Assembly (NCBI RefSeq): GCF_001194135.2
Contig: NC_068988.1
Span: forward strand, 94,534,369 to 94,596,320
DNA: 61,952 nucleotides
Direction: 5' to 3'
From: Octopus bimaculoides
Taxonomy: Eukaryota
In this document: in pieces, positions 15,496 through 28,263 of the stretch
How positions within the stretch are numbered: position 1 is the first letter of the stretch
Layout: the number at the start of each line of letters is the position of its first letter
Program-made: the position numbers and the translations under genes
The notes under the pieces: generated by a model
Seen by the model: the letters and a program-made list of their open reading frames with translations, nothing else
Told to the model about the DNA's origin: nothing
Database searches by the model: none

Positions 15496-16051
15496 CATGT
15501 TGAGAACAATTTAGGTCTTAATAGACACAAGATGTGATCTATTTCTAGCACATTGAATGTCCACGTTAGTGGTCAACGTTATATATAAAAATGTACTTTA
15601 ATCCCCTGAGATTGCAGATACTGTTTCTGAATCTCTTTGATTCTTTAAATGTGCTAGCTTCCTGGTAATTAATCGATATTAATTAATATATGATTTTTTA
15701 CCCTATTTTTTAATATATATATATATATATAGGTAGGTTATAAGAGGTAATGGTGTCAAGAAGACCCAAAGGTAACAGATAATGCTTAGTAAACGCTATG
15801 GATAGACCATAGTTAAGTTCCAGGTTTGGTGATTATGCGAATGAGGAGTTCTACGTAGGTCATATATCAGCATGTGTATATATAAAAAAATGGTATACAT
15901 ATAAGATTCCAGTACCTTGTAAGTAAGTTCCAAATAATGAAACTGTAGATACAATATTCCTGCATATCTCACGTGTATTTTCATTTCTCCACTTCACTCA
16001 CTATTTCATATCTTATCTAGAATAACTATTGCTTATCCATTTTCTCACACC

Positions 16052-16099
16052 GTCTCCGAAGAAGGGATATATAAAATATCCCGGAAAAAGCTGTAAGAC
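16052..16099 (+). ncRNA. Degenerate type I hammerhead ribozyme motif
   Basis: Stem I GTCT/AGAC; core CCGAAGA (U4 to C); stem II GGGATAT/ATATCCC; GAAA; A(A)AGCTGT from an ACAGCTGT palindrome; GUA cleavage triplet. Confidence 0.6.
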
Positions 16100-17314
16100 C
16101 TTCTATTTATAAATGTTCTGAAATCTTTCACAGCCTTGTATTTTTATCTCATTCTGTTAATTTTCATATATATATATATATATAACTTCTTATGCGCCCT
16201 TTTAAAGCNNNNNNNNNNCACACACACACACACACACACACATATATGCATGTATATGTTATGTATACGTGTGCATGTATATATGTATGTGTGTATGTAT
16301 ATATGTGTATGTGTGTATAATATATATATGTAGTTGGATCATATATGTACATATGTGTGTGTGTATGTGTGTATGTGTGTATTTATGTGTGTGTGTGTGC
16401 GTGTATATATATATATATATATATATATATNNNNNNNNNNNNNNNNNNNNNNNNNNNNNNNNNNNNNNNNNNNNNNNNNNNNNNNNNNNNNNNNNNNNNN
16501 NNNNNNNNNNNNNNNNNNNNNNNNNNNNNNNNNNNNNNNNNNNNNNNNNNNNNNNNNNNNNNNNNNNNNNNNNNNNNNNNNNNNNNNNNNNNNNNNNNNN
16601 NNNNNNNNNNNNNNNNNNNNNNNNNNNNNNNNNNNNNNNNNNNNNNNNNNNNNNNNNNNNNNNNNNNNNNNNNNNNNNNNNNNNNNNNNNNNNNNNNNNN
16701 NNNNNNNNNNNNNNNNNNNNNNNNNNNNNNNNNNNNNNNNNNNNNNNNNNNNNNNNNNNNNNNNNNNNNNNNNNNNNNNNNNNNNNNNNNNNNNNNNNNN
16801 NNNNNNNNNNNNNNNNNNNNNNNNNNNNNNNNNNNNNNNNNNNNNNNNNNNNNNNNNNNNNNNNNNNNNNNNNNNNNNNNNNNNNNNNNNNNNNNNNNNN
16901 NNNNNNNNNNNNNNNNNNNNNNNNNNNNNNNNNNNNNNNNNNNNNNNNNNNNNNNNNNNNNNNNNNNNNNNNNNNNNNNNNNNNNNNNNNNNNNNNNNNN
17001 NNNNNNNNNNNNNNNNNNNNNNNNNNNNNNNNNNNNNNNNNNNNNNNNNNNNNNNNNNNNNNNNNNNNNNNNNNNNNNNNNNNNNNNNNNNNNNNNNNNN
17101 NNNNNNNNNNNNNNNNNNNNNNNNNNNNNNNNNNNNNNNNNNNNNNNNNNNNNNNNNNNNNNNNNNNNNNNNNNNNNNNNNNNNNNNNNNNNNNNNNNNN
17201 NNNNNNNNNNNNNNNNNNNNNNNNNNNNNNNNNNNNNNNNNNNNNNNNNNNNNNNNNNNNNNNNNNNNNNNNNNNNNNNNNNNNNNNNNNNNNNNNNNNN
17301 NNNNNNNNNNNNNN

Positions 17315-17355
<41 letters not shown>

Positions 17356-17969
17356 GTAAGTATGCACTCGTCTGTATGTATGCATATATATTTATATATA
17401 CATAAATATATGTATATATATATATATCATGTGTGTATATTTTGTAGGCGAATATCTCTAAAGAAATATAGTGGAGTAGGACAAAGAATTTTCCCTTCTT
17501 TCCTATATCTCTACGAAGTAGCTTGTGTACTGTGGGTAACTGTGAGACAGTTCCTTTGCCAGATGCAATATAATAGCTGAGAACGATGAGATTAGTGTGG
17601 GAAGTTAAGAATTACACAGGTTTTTTTGTATGTAAAGGGTACTAAAATTGTCACAGAGTAAGAGTGGGGTGAATCGAGTGGGAAGTTCGTGATATTGAGA
17701 CCAAGGAAATATAGGGCCATCTGTAGTTATCTAAAACACGTACGCGCGCATGCACACATACACAGACACACACAGACACACATACATACAAATACACACG
17801 CGCGCATCACACGGGCGTATATATGTGCGCGCGTTTGTATATATATATATATATACATATATATACACATATAACCAAATATACGTATATTCATAGGAAT
17901 ACATGTGTATATATATATATATATATATAGATATGTGAGTGTGCGTGTGTGCATATGCGTTTGTGTGTT

Positions 17970-18033
<64 letters not shown>

Positions 18034-18874
18034 CTGACAGACAGACAGATAGACAGAAACATAGATGTTTGTTTTAATGTTCACCTGTGCTGATTTTCAA
18101 AGCGGTAAAAGTTTAAACACCAAATTAAATGGGTGGCTTATTATTATTAACATATTTACGAATCGACATAGCAACTGCTTCATGTCTTCTATTTTTTTTT
18201 CAGCCTGTACGAAATGCAACATACCCTAGTGTATATATTTCTACATCAGGTACGTTAGATGTTAGATGCGTTTCTATAAGCACCATTCAATATTGCTTGA
18301 TTGCATGCCGCAAACTGTTTCACTTAGAGAATCTTACGTCTGTTATTACGTTGCAATGGTCCTCCCATATATAGCTGGAACATGAATGTGATATCTGGGT
18401 GGGTGATTCGGCACTTAGTCGAGACCATGCTGTACCCATTACATGTGCTGGGATTCTGTATTGAAATGCATGACTTACGTTTTGCATCCTTTGCAGCGAT
18501 GTCTCTTGTGTTGTCTTCTGGACTATGCTTTAAAAAAAAGCTTGTTCCTCGATAGCAGTAGTTCTGTCAACCTCTGAATATTTACTTTCCACTGGTGTAG
18601 ACAGTATGTATTAATTCCCTTTCTTGTTCTTATGAGATCCGTTTTTCCTTGTGTATATATATATCCTATCGTTTTGCCCTCCCCATTTTAATGTATGCTT
18701 TGCAGGCGTAATTTCGTTTGACTAATCTTAATCGATAAGATTAGTATTACATTTCTTTTTAATAATATTGTTTAACGTCTTTCTATCTTGATATAATAAG
18801 TATTTATATATATATATTCATTTGTAATTTATTGTTGATTGATATATACATACATTTTATTATTGTTGTATTTT

Positions 18875-18985
18875 GACCTGAAGATTAGCTATAGATTAGC
18901 AATTGAATAGAATTGATTTTCGAATGATTTAAGCTATTTTATTTTATTTTCTATTTGAAAATTTGGTTATGAAACACGTGTAGTC
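18875..18985 (+). ncRNA. Type I hammerhead-like motif with long stem II insert
   Basis: GAC-CTGAAGA (18878-18884)...GAAACACGTGTA-GTC (18971-18985); palindromic stem III ACACGTGT; GUA triplet; only a 3-4 bp stem I. Confidence 0.5.
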
Positions 18986-19251
18986 GTTTTATAATTATTG
19001 TTTTATGATTTTTACTTTGAATTTTATACTTCTTTATAGTGTGTGACTGTAGATTTTCATGGATAAGTTCATGAACTTTGGTTCTTTTCTCTAAATTATG
19101 TATTTATATATTATATACTGTGAAACTTAATTTAATTTTAATTTTTGATAAATTGAATTTAATTGAGTTTTTACCTGTAAATTTGGATTTTTATCCCTAA
19201 TATTATTATTGTTATTATTATTATTATTATTATTATGCAGACGCGCGCGCG

Positions 19252-19290
<39 letters not shown>

Positions 19291-20202
19291 TACTTGAGAA
19301 CATACTCTTTAATCTTCAGATTGTTCAAATATGCTAGGTCACTGGTTTTAATTGATTAATATCAATTTCTACCCTCATATATATATATATATATATGTAT
19401 ANNNNNNNNNNNNNNNNNNNNNNNNNNNNNNNNNNNNNNNNNNNNNNNNNNNNNNNNNNNNNNNNNNNNNNNNNNNNNNNNNNNNNNNNNNNNNNNNNNN
19501 NNNNNNNNNNNNNNNNNNNNNNNNNNNNNNNNNNNNNNNNNNNNNNNNNNNNNNNNNNNNNNNNNNNNNNNNNNNNNNNNNNNNNNNNNNNNNNNNNNNN
19601 NNNNNNNNNNNNNNNNNNNNNNNNNNNNNNNNNNNNNNNNNNNNNNNNNNNNNNNNNNNNNNNNNNNNNNNNNNNNNNNNNNNNNNNNNNNNNNNNNNNN
19701 NNNNNNNNNNNNNNNNNNNNNNNNNNNNNNNNNNNNNNNNNNNNNNNNNNNNNNNNNNNNNNNNNNNNNNNNNNNNNNNNNNNNNNNNNNNNNNNNNNNN
19801 NNNNNNNNNNNNNNNNNNNNNNNNNNNNNNNNNNNNNNNNNNNNNNNNNNNNNNNNNNNNNNNNNNNNNNNNNNNNNNNNNNNNNNNNNNNNNNNNNNNN
19901 NNNNNNNNNNNNNNNNNNNNNNNNNNNNNNNNNNNNNNNNNNNNNNNNNNNNNNNNNNNNNNNNNNNNNNNNNNNNNNNNNNNNNNNNNNNNNNNNNNNN
20001 NNNNNNNNNNNNNNNNNNNNNNNNNNNNNNNNNNNNNNNNNNNNNNNNNNNNNNNNNNNNNNNNNNNNNNNNNNNNNNNNNNNNNNNNNNNNNNNNNNNN
20101 NNNNNNNNNNNNNNNNNNNNNNNNNNNNNNNNNNNNNNNNNNNNNNNNNNNNNNNNNNNNNNNNNNNNNNNNNNNNNNNNNNNNNNNNNNNNNNNNNNNN
20201 NN

Positions 20203-20235
<33 letters not shown>

Positions 20236-20385
20236 GAGGGACTTATACATGTACAAATGCATAGTTACATACATACGTATATACGTCTGTGTACGTCTAT
20301 GCTTGTATCTATATACTACTCTGATAAAAAGTTGAATTTAATTCTGTAGCATTGTGATCCAGAAGCATTGTCTAAAACACACACT

Positions 20386-20449
<64 letters not shown>

Positions 20450-21729
20450 ATATCTCCCATAAGCATCTACTATCCTATTTGTTTCACAAAGATTCTTGCT
20501 CTCTCGTAAACCTACCATTGCCAACGGTTGCATGTCTCGATCTTCTTTGGTAAATACTTCACATGAACTCACACACTCAGCCACAACGAGCAGTCTCTCA
20601 CGTATCACTTAGATCGTGAACATAAGCGGCCCTCCGCTTCAATAACATCAACTGGACAGTCGATGCTCTAGTTGAGCCGACTTTTGTATGCATTCGGGCG
20701 ATCTCTTTAGGCAGCAGTATCTTTCGCCACTCATTATACAATTTTCGGGGTGCTGGAAAGGGCAGAAGCCCTGCTTCGTCTTCTCATTGCAAATAGTGTA
20801 AACATTACAGCGCAGCCGTACCTCATTCTCTTTCTTCCTTTTCCACGCTTCGCCCCCCCCCCCATACATGTGTAGCGATATATTTTCTCCCATGTTTCGT
20901 TACTCATACAACATAGAATACTCACACACGGAGACACGTTCTCACGCCTACGAATCATCTCACAGGTCCAAACAAATTCTCTTCCATAGATAGATAGAAA
21001 AATAGATAGATAGATAGATACATACATACATACATACATACATACANNNNNNNNNNNNNNNNNNNNNNNNNNNNNNNNNNNNNNNNNNNNNNNNNNNNNN
21101 NNNNNNNNNNNNNNNNNNNNNNNNNNNNNNNNNNNNNNNNNNNNNNNNNNNNNNNNNNNNNNNNNNNNNNNNNNNNNNNNNNNNNNNNNNNNNNNNNNNN
21201 NNNNNNNNNNNNNNNNNNNNNNNNNNNNNNNNNNNNNNNNNNNNNNNNNNNNNNNNNNNNNNNNNNNNNNNNNNNNNNNNNNNNNNNNNNNNNNNNNNNN
21301 NNNNNNNNNNNNNNNNNNNNNNNNNNNNNNNNNNNNNNNNNNNNNNNNNNNNNNNNNNNNNNNNNNNNNNNNNNNNNNNNNNNNNNNNNNNNNNNNNNNN
21401 NNNNNNNNNNNNNNNNNNNNNNNNNNNNNNNNNNNNNNNNNNNNNNNNNNNNNNNNNNNNNNNNNNNNNNNNNNNNNNNNNNNNNNNNNNNNNNNNNNNN
21501 NNNNNNNNNNNNNNNNNNNNNNNNNNNNNNNNNNNNNNNNNNNNNNNNNNNNNNNNNNNNNNNNNNNNNNNNNNACCTATATCACATATATACATACATA
21601 TATGCATAATATACATACATACATACATACATACATACACACATGCATACATACATACACATATGACATACATACATACATACATACATACATACACACA
21701 TGCATACATACATACACATATGACATACA

Positions 21730-21761
<32 letters not shown>

Positions 21762-22170
21762 CACATGCATACACACATACATACACACACATACACACAC
21801 ATACATACATACACACATACATACATATATATACATACATACATATACGCATTGAAAATGCACGATCCTGAGATTTATATCTAATGGTGCAGCTACAACT
21901 TATTTTCTGTCAATCGTGTATTCAGCTTTCTTGAATTATAATTTCATTCTTTTCTATTTCTCATCCAATCTGTCCATATTTCTATGCCTTTACGTTTATT
22001 AGGCTATGTGTGTGTGCTCGCATACACACACACATTCACACTCACTCACACACACACACACACACATGTATATGTATACGTATATTTTCATGCAAAAATA
22101 CATACACGCATCCACTCATATGAATGTGAGTGTATATGCATGGAAATCAGTATGTGTGTGTGCGTGCGTA

Positions 22171-22219
<49 letters not shown>

Positions 22220-22378
22220 GTTATAATGTTTAATATAGAAATATACTCTGCAAGTTATACAGAATAGAAAGAGTTTTTGATAGCGATAAAAAAGAAAGAC
22301 AGACTGGCAGAATGAGAGAGGGAGAGATGGAGAGAGAGAGAGGGAGAGATGGAGAGAGAGAGAGGGAGAAGGAAGAAA

Positions 22379-22436
<58 letters not shown>

Positions 22437-24995
22437 AAAGAAGAAAGAAAGCAAGCAAGAAAGAAAGAATGAAAGAAGGAATATCTTAAATAGATGTGGT
22501 AGAATAATGTGTGTAGAATTAAATTTGTAGATATGTGGATAAATAGATATGGTTAAGAAAGTAGAAAGATATCGTATTTTCATTTTCATTTAATTGAGCA
22601 TTATTCTCGTCGATATTGTTGGAACTAATTTGCATATTAATACGCAAGCCCGCCTTTGTTTCTCTCAAGATTCACCAATGCAATTGTCTTCCTCCTTTCA
22701 CAACGCAGCGATCCCTTTTCAACCCTTTTCTTTCTTTCTTTCCCCCCTCTTTCTCTCTCTTTTCTTTACATTAATTTCTACTCCTTTGCCTCGTTGCACA
22801 TCTCTCCCTCGTTTTTCATACTCTTTCATTAATACAATAGGCATTTTATATCCAGCGTAAGGTTTTCGCTGAAGACAAAGAAACCACAGTCGAAAAGCCA
22901 AGCCTCTTTTTGAACTCATTGACTTTGCAGCTAAAAATCGAAAACACAAGAAAGAAAGAAAAAAAAAAGACTTGTTACAAAATACTATTGTTCAGTTCGC
23001 CCTACAACCTTCTCTATTCTTTCTTTTGATATTTTATATCTTATTTTATTATTTTGTTTCTTTCTTTTGCTCTTCGATTAATTATCAGTGGAGTGTAGAA
23101 AGCGCACGAATTTTCCCTGCGTTTTTCACACACCAGCGTACTCTATGTTATATATTATTTTATTTGAGTCAGGTTTAATAAGAAATGCATGAGTAAATTT
23201 TGCTAAAATATTTTATAAGAAAAACTCCATCCACTACTATCATCACTGCTTCATACAGCAACTCAAAGACATAGAGTGCCGCTCCTCCTGCGAGAACGAT
23301 TGACAAAAACTAGACACCGAGGATTTGTCTCAGAAGCAGCGGACTTAGCGAAGTTTATGAAATGCCATAGTGACGACTAAACGTTGGACAGTCCCTCTAT
23401 GACAATCGTCATTTTGTTCTGTCTAATGAAGTCCAAATTACTCCCATTGCCTATAAGTAAAAGTATCATATGTAACACGAACGCTGTACAATTAAGAGTT
23501 GTGTTAATTTGCAGTAGCCAGATCAAGAACCACTGTGACGGTAAGTTGCAGATTCGTTGTCTCTGTAAGCTACAATGCCAGAGATATATTACGCGGAGAG
23601 AAAGTTTGTTAATAGCGCGACCCACCACCCGTTTATTTTAGATCAAGTTTCCTATTTTCAAATAGATTCCTGATGCATATTAGTCATTGTGAATACTGGT
23701 AAAAGAACACACGAAAATATCGAAACCCAATGAGTCTTTATATGGTCCATCGACCTGCAAAAAATAGCAGAGATTTCTACCACAAGTCAAATCGTGCCCC
23801 TTTGTATAAGGACAGGATATATTGGATCATGTGTCCTTCATGCATCGAAAAGACGGGATAAGAACGGCTCCAATGCATTTAATCAGAAGTTGCAAGACTG
23901 ACTTGGATCTGAGCAACAATGACGTATTGAATTTACGGTAAATTAATATAAGGATTTATATGTGTGTGTTTGTGTGTGTGAGTATAAACTGTAATTATCT
24001 TAGTTTTATAACACATCCACAGTTTGCTTCCGTCTAAATTTTCTTCTCTTCTTTCCTCTCGATCTTTCAAGGAAACGAAAAATTATCCGAAACGTTGATA
24101 TCTCATTTCTTTGTTCAGAGTTTCATTCTTTGACTTTCATACTGCCGTATTTATCTCTTCATAGTCTTCATAATTTAATGAATATGGCTGCTATTGTTGG
24201 TATTTTAATGATGCGGGAGAAGCCACCCACTGCCAAAGACCGGATAGTGGGTGGGTCCTGTATCGGTCAGTCAGCCAAAAGTTCTTCCGTTCACATCATG
24301 GTAAAGGCATTTTGGTGCATCCGCTGCTAATATACTTCATTCTCAAAAGACTCATTCCTCCTTATCCTAAAAAGCCATGATGGAATGGAAAATCTAAATA
24401 ATTTAACCTACAACAGCACTGCAACAGTATCGGAACTTACGTTGTGCTAGATTTTCATTGTATTGCTGGTGTAGCTTGAAAGGGATAACTGTATTACTCT
24501 GAATTGCTTACTTACAATTTACAGACTCAATGCTGAGTCGTAACAACACCGTTAAAATAAAGTTGTGAGAAAAGTTATTGCTAGAATATTGTCTTATCGG
24601 TCTGCAGATAGCAGCACGGATCAGCGACTAATCTGTTCGCTGAAATTTTAAAGCAAGACCATCGGTTCCTGTTACATTCATTGGTTTGAACTGTCAAGAC
24701 CCAAGGAAGACGAAACACTGGATTTCTCAGAAACCCTTGAATTTATGAAACACATATTCGTTGTAAAGCGGAAGCTATTTTCCTGTGACGAAACAAAACA
24801 GTGATTAGCATAATTACGTTCGAATCTGTTAGAACGCACCAAGAATGAATATGCAAGCCACCGTTTCACATTCAAGTTATATGTTATTAGAATGTTACCG
24901 CGATATCACAAATCATAGAATATATTTCGTTCTCATATATGGTTATTCAATAATATTTTCATAACAGATTATTCCAATATCTGCGAGTGCGTTCG

Positions 24996-25066
<71 letters not shown>

Positions 25067-25821
25067 TCATATTCGGAATACGGCACACAAATAAATCCAT
25101 TTTCAAACGGAATGCACTTTGATGATATCATTCTTGATTTTCATGTTATCTGCTTGACGATGTATTTTAGATATTCACACGATATGTGAAATGTAATGTT
25201 TAAGCTATTTTCGGCTAAATTATTATTCCTTTGTCTGGTTAGTTAAATGATTGAATCAAATTAATTCATTAATTTAATTCAGTGGAGTTTTGCATAAGTT
25301 TTCACTAACTTATTCGTTTGCGATAATGGCTAGAAAAAGTTTACGTTTTATGATTTCGTTTCACAAAAACGTCCAGACGAGCCGAACAAAATGTAATAAA
25401 ATATTTTGTCTGACATTGAAGCTCCTATGTCCACATTAGATTTTCGCCTAGAAAAGAGAAATTATTTATGTAAGTGCAACATATTTAAAATGATAGCAGA
25501 TGTAACGCCAGAATATACAGAATTATAGTTGGATTATATGCTTGGAATATTCCGTTTGAAATATCAGAGACGGTCCTTCCACTCTCAGTTATAAGTATAA
25601 GAATTGTTGCTCATGTGGTGGTGAGCCTGTCAATGTCAGCAACTAAGATAGAAAGTATTTTTGTTAAATGCCGGGTCTTCAGCACCCATGAATGGGAAAT
25701 ACAACTGAATGCCTTCCTATAATCAAGCTACAATGTCGCAAGGTTTCTACCGTGTTTCCTTACTTCAAACAGTTCAGCTTTGTTTACCAAAGATTGTTTG
25801 GCAACCCTAATACTCCCATCT

Positions 25822-26239
25822 TTCTATCTGCTGCGACAAAACCGTTCTTGCTCGCACTCTCGTGCAGTGTCCAACCATTTCGGAGCTGTGGGCTTATGCC
25901 GAACGGCTGCTGTTACGTGTGGGAAGTGTCCGCCTGTCAGCCGAGTCTATCGTGAAAATTGCTCCGCCACCTTCCCTCAGCCGGGAAGGCAAGGCAGTCT
26001 TCATCGTACTGGTGGCCATGGTGAAAGAATATGTGTGGTGGACTCGAGCGAAAGGATTAGAGACAAACATTTACTTCTCTGGCCAATCGCTCATCAACTT
26101 TTTCAAGTACCACTTGAAAAGGAAGATGAGAATGGAGAGACAGGTTTTGTCTCGTGAAAGTTTCAAAAAAAGTGGGTGAATGTAGCAAAGGTGATGCGTG
26201 CGAGTGACGAAACCACTTTGAGCATGATCCTGTAAATCG

Positions 26240-26288
<49 letters not shown>

Positions 26289-26390
26289 ACTTTGCTCTCA
26301 TGTGTTTATTCCCTCCCTGCCTGAGATTACTGTGGTCTTTACCGTAGGCTTTTCTTTCCACGGATAAACCTAATTTTGCTTTCTACATTT
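25822..26390 (+). mobile_element. 3' end of a Tx1/L1-clade non-LTR retrotransposon (ORF2 C-terminal zinc knuckle remnant plus 3' UTR with (GA)n)
   Basis: Translation CCDKTVLARTLVQCPTISELWAYAERLL...AMVKEYVWWTR...LINFFKYHLKRKM matches a decayed C..C...ET..H....C....LW knuckle and downstream tryptophan motif. Frameshifted; stop at 26233-26235. Confidence 0.75.
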
Positions 26391-26572
26391 TTACAATTAT
26401 TCTGTGATACACAATCGTTTTTTTCCCCCGATCCCTTTTGATCGGAATTTTACTTATATATATATATGTATATTTAAGTGTGCGTGTGTGTGTGTATTAA
26501 TCTATATGTACACATACACACACATACGCACACATGTATGTACTAATATCCATATATATATAAATGTAGGAT

Positions 26573-26952
26573 GGAGGCGCATTGGCCCAGTGGTTAGGGC
26601 AGCGAACTCGTGGTCATAGGATCGTGAATTCGATTCTCAGACCGGGTGTTGTAAGTGACCATTGAGCGAAAACACCTTAATCTCCACAAGGCTCCGGCAG
26701 GAGGTGATGACGAATCCTGCTGTACTCTTTCACCACAACTTTCTCTCACTCTTTCTTCCTGCTTCTGTTGTACCTGTATCTCAAAGGGTCAGCCTTATCA
26801 CACTCTGTGTCACGCTGAATCTCCCAGAGAACTACGTTAAGGGTACACGTGTCTGTGGAGTGCTCAGCCACTTGCACGTTAATTTCACAAGCAGGCTGTT
26901 CCGTTGATAGGATCAACTGAAACTCTCGTCGTCGTAACCGACGGAGTACCAC
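26573..26952 (+). mobile_element. tRNA-derived SINE, family B, full length with 13 bp TSD
   Basis: A box TGGCCCAGTGG and B-box-like GAATTCGATT; ATATAAATGTAGG direct repeats at 26558-26570 and 26954-26966; 3' end shared with the copy at 44032. Confidence 0.85.
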
Positions 26953-27008
26953 GATATAAATGTAGGTATATATAATGTGTAAACACATGTATATATGTAT
27001 CTAGGAAA

Positions 27009-27039
<31 letters not shown>

Positions 27040-27622
27040 GAGAGAGAGAGAGACAGAGACAGAGAGAGAGCGAGAGAGCGGGGAGGAGGAGAGCGAGAAC
27101 GAAAAAAGATGGATGGAGGGTGAGGAAGAATTAGATAGACAGATAGATAGTCATCTTTGCATTTATGAAAGTGGCAAATATTCAGGAACTCCCCAGAGAA
27201 TCTGTAGATTTTTATTCACTTTGCATTGTAAATATGCTTAAGTTTCTGTCAAATTTACCAGGTCTTTAATGTTCCATTTAAAATAATCATACAATAATTA
27301 AAATGTCTCTTTCAAAACAAACTTATTATTGTAATTTCTAATTTCAAATAACAGTATGAATTCCATGATGTATAAAATCAACACAGAAGAATGAATCAAC
27401 GAAATATAAACATATTGCTACACACAAGTATAAATTATAGGTGAACCGAGCTAATGAGACGCCTGTAATTACATCCTGCGGTTTTTAAACTTAAATTGTA
27501 TTGTATAATGAAGTCGTTCCCCACTGTAAACGAAGTCTACCCTCGTGCAAGAATTCAAAATAATTCAAACCACAAAACAGGTGGTGGCTCTTTCCATGCG
27601 GTGTTCGAATATCCTAGGCGCA

Positions 27623-28012
27623 GGAGTGGCTGTGTGGTAGGTAGCTTGCTTACCAACCACATGGTTCCGGGTTCATTCCCACTGCGTGGCACCTTGGGCA
27701 AATGTCTTCTACTATAGCCTCGGGCCGACCAAAGCCTTGTGAGCGGATTTGGTAGACGGAAACTGAAAGAAGCCCGTCGTGTATATGTTTATACATATGT
27801 ATGTGTGTGTGTTTCTGTGTCTCTGTTTGTCCCCCCAACATCGCTTGACAACCGATGTCGGTGTGTTTACGTCCCTGTAACGTAGCGGCTGGGCAAAAGC
27901 AGACAATAGAATAAGTACTATGCTTACAAAGAATAAGTGCTGGGGTCGATTTGTTCGCCTAAAGGTGGTGCTCCAGCATGGTCGCAGTCAAATGACCGAA
28001 ACAAATAAAAAA
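27623..28012 (+). mobile_element. tRNA-derived SINE, family A, full length
   Basis: GGAGTGGCTGTGTGG head, GGTTCATTCCC B-box region, internal (TA/TG)n and CAGTCAAATGACCGAAACAA tail; colinear with the copy at 35647. Confidence 0.9.
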
Positions 28013-28193
28013 CAAAAAACATACATGGAAATATACATACATACATAAAAACACACGCACATACATACGTACGTACGTACATATGTACGTACGTACACAT
28101 TCTTTGTACCACAGCATTGCCAGAGTCCGGTGACTGAAACAATTTGAAGATAAAAGGTAATACAAACGCATTCTCCCTCTCTCCCACTCTTTC

Positions 28194-28263
<70 letters not shown>

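Noticed and set aside
23494-23545. Possible 26 nt microexon (TTTGCAG|...ACG|GTAAGT)
   Set aside because: Splice-like motifs this short arise often by chance, and there are no partner exons.
24060-24105. GGA...TCCGAAACGTTGATATC, a hammerhead-like 3' half
   Set aside because: No CUGANGA strand upstream.
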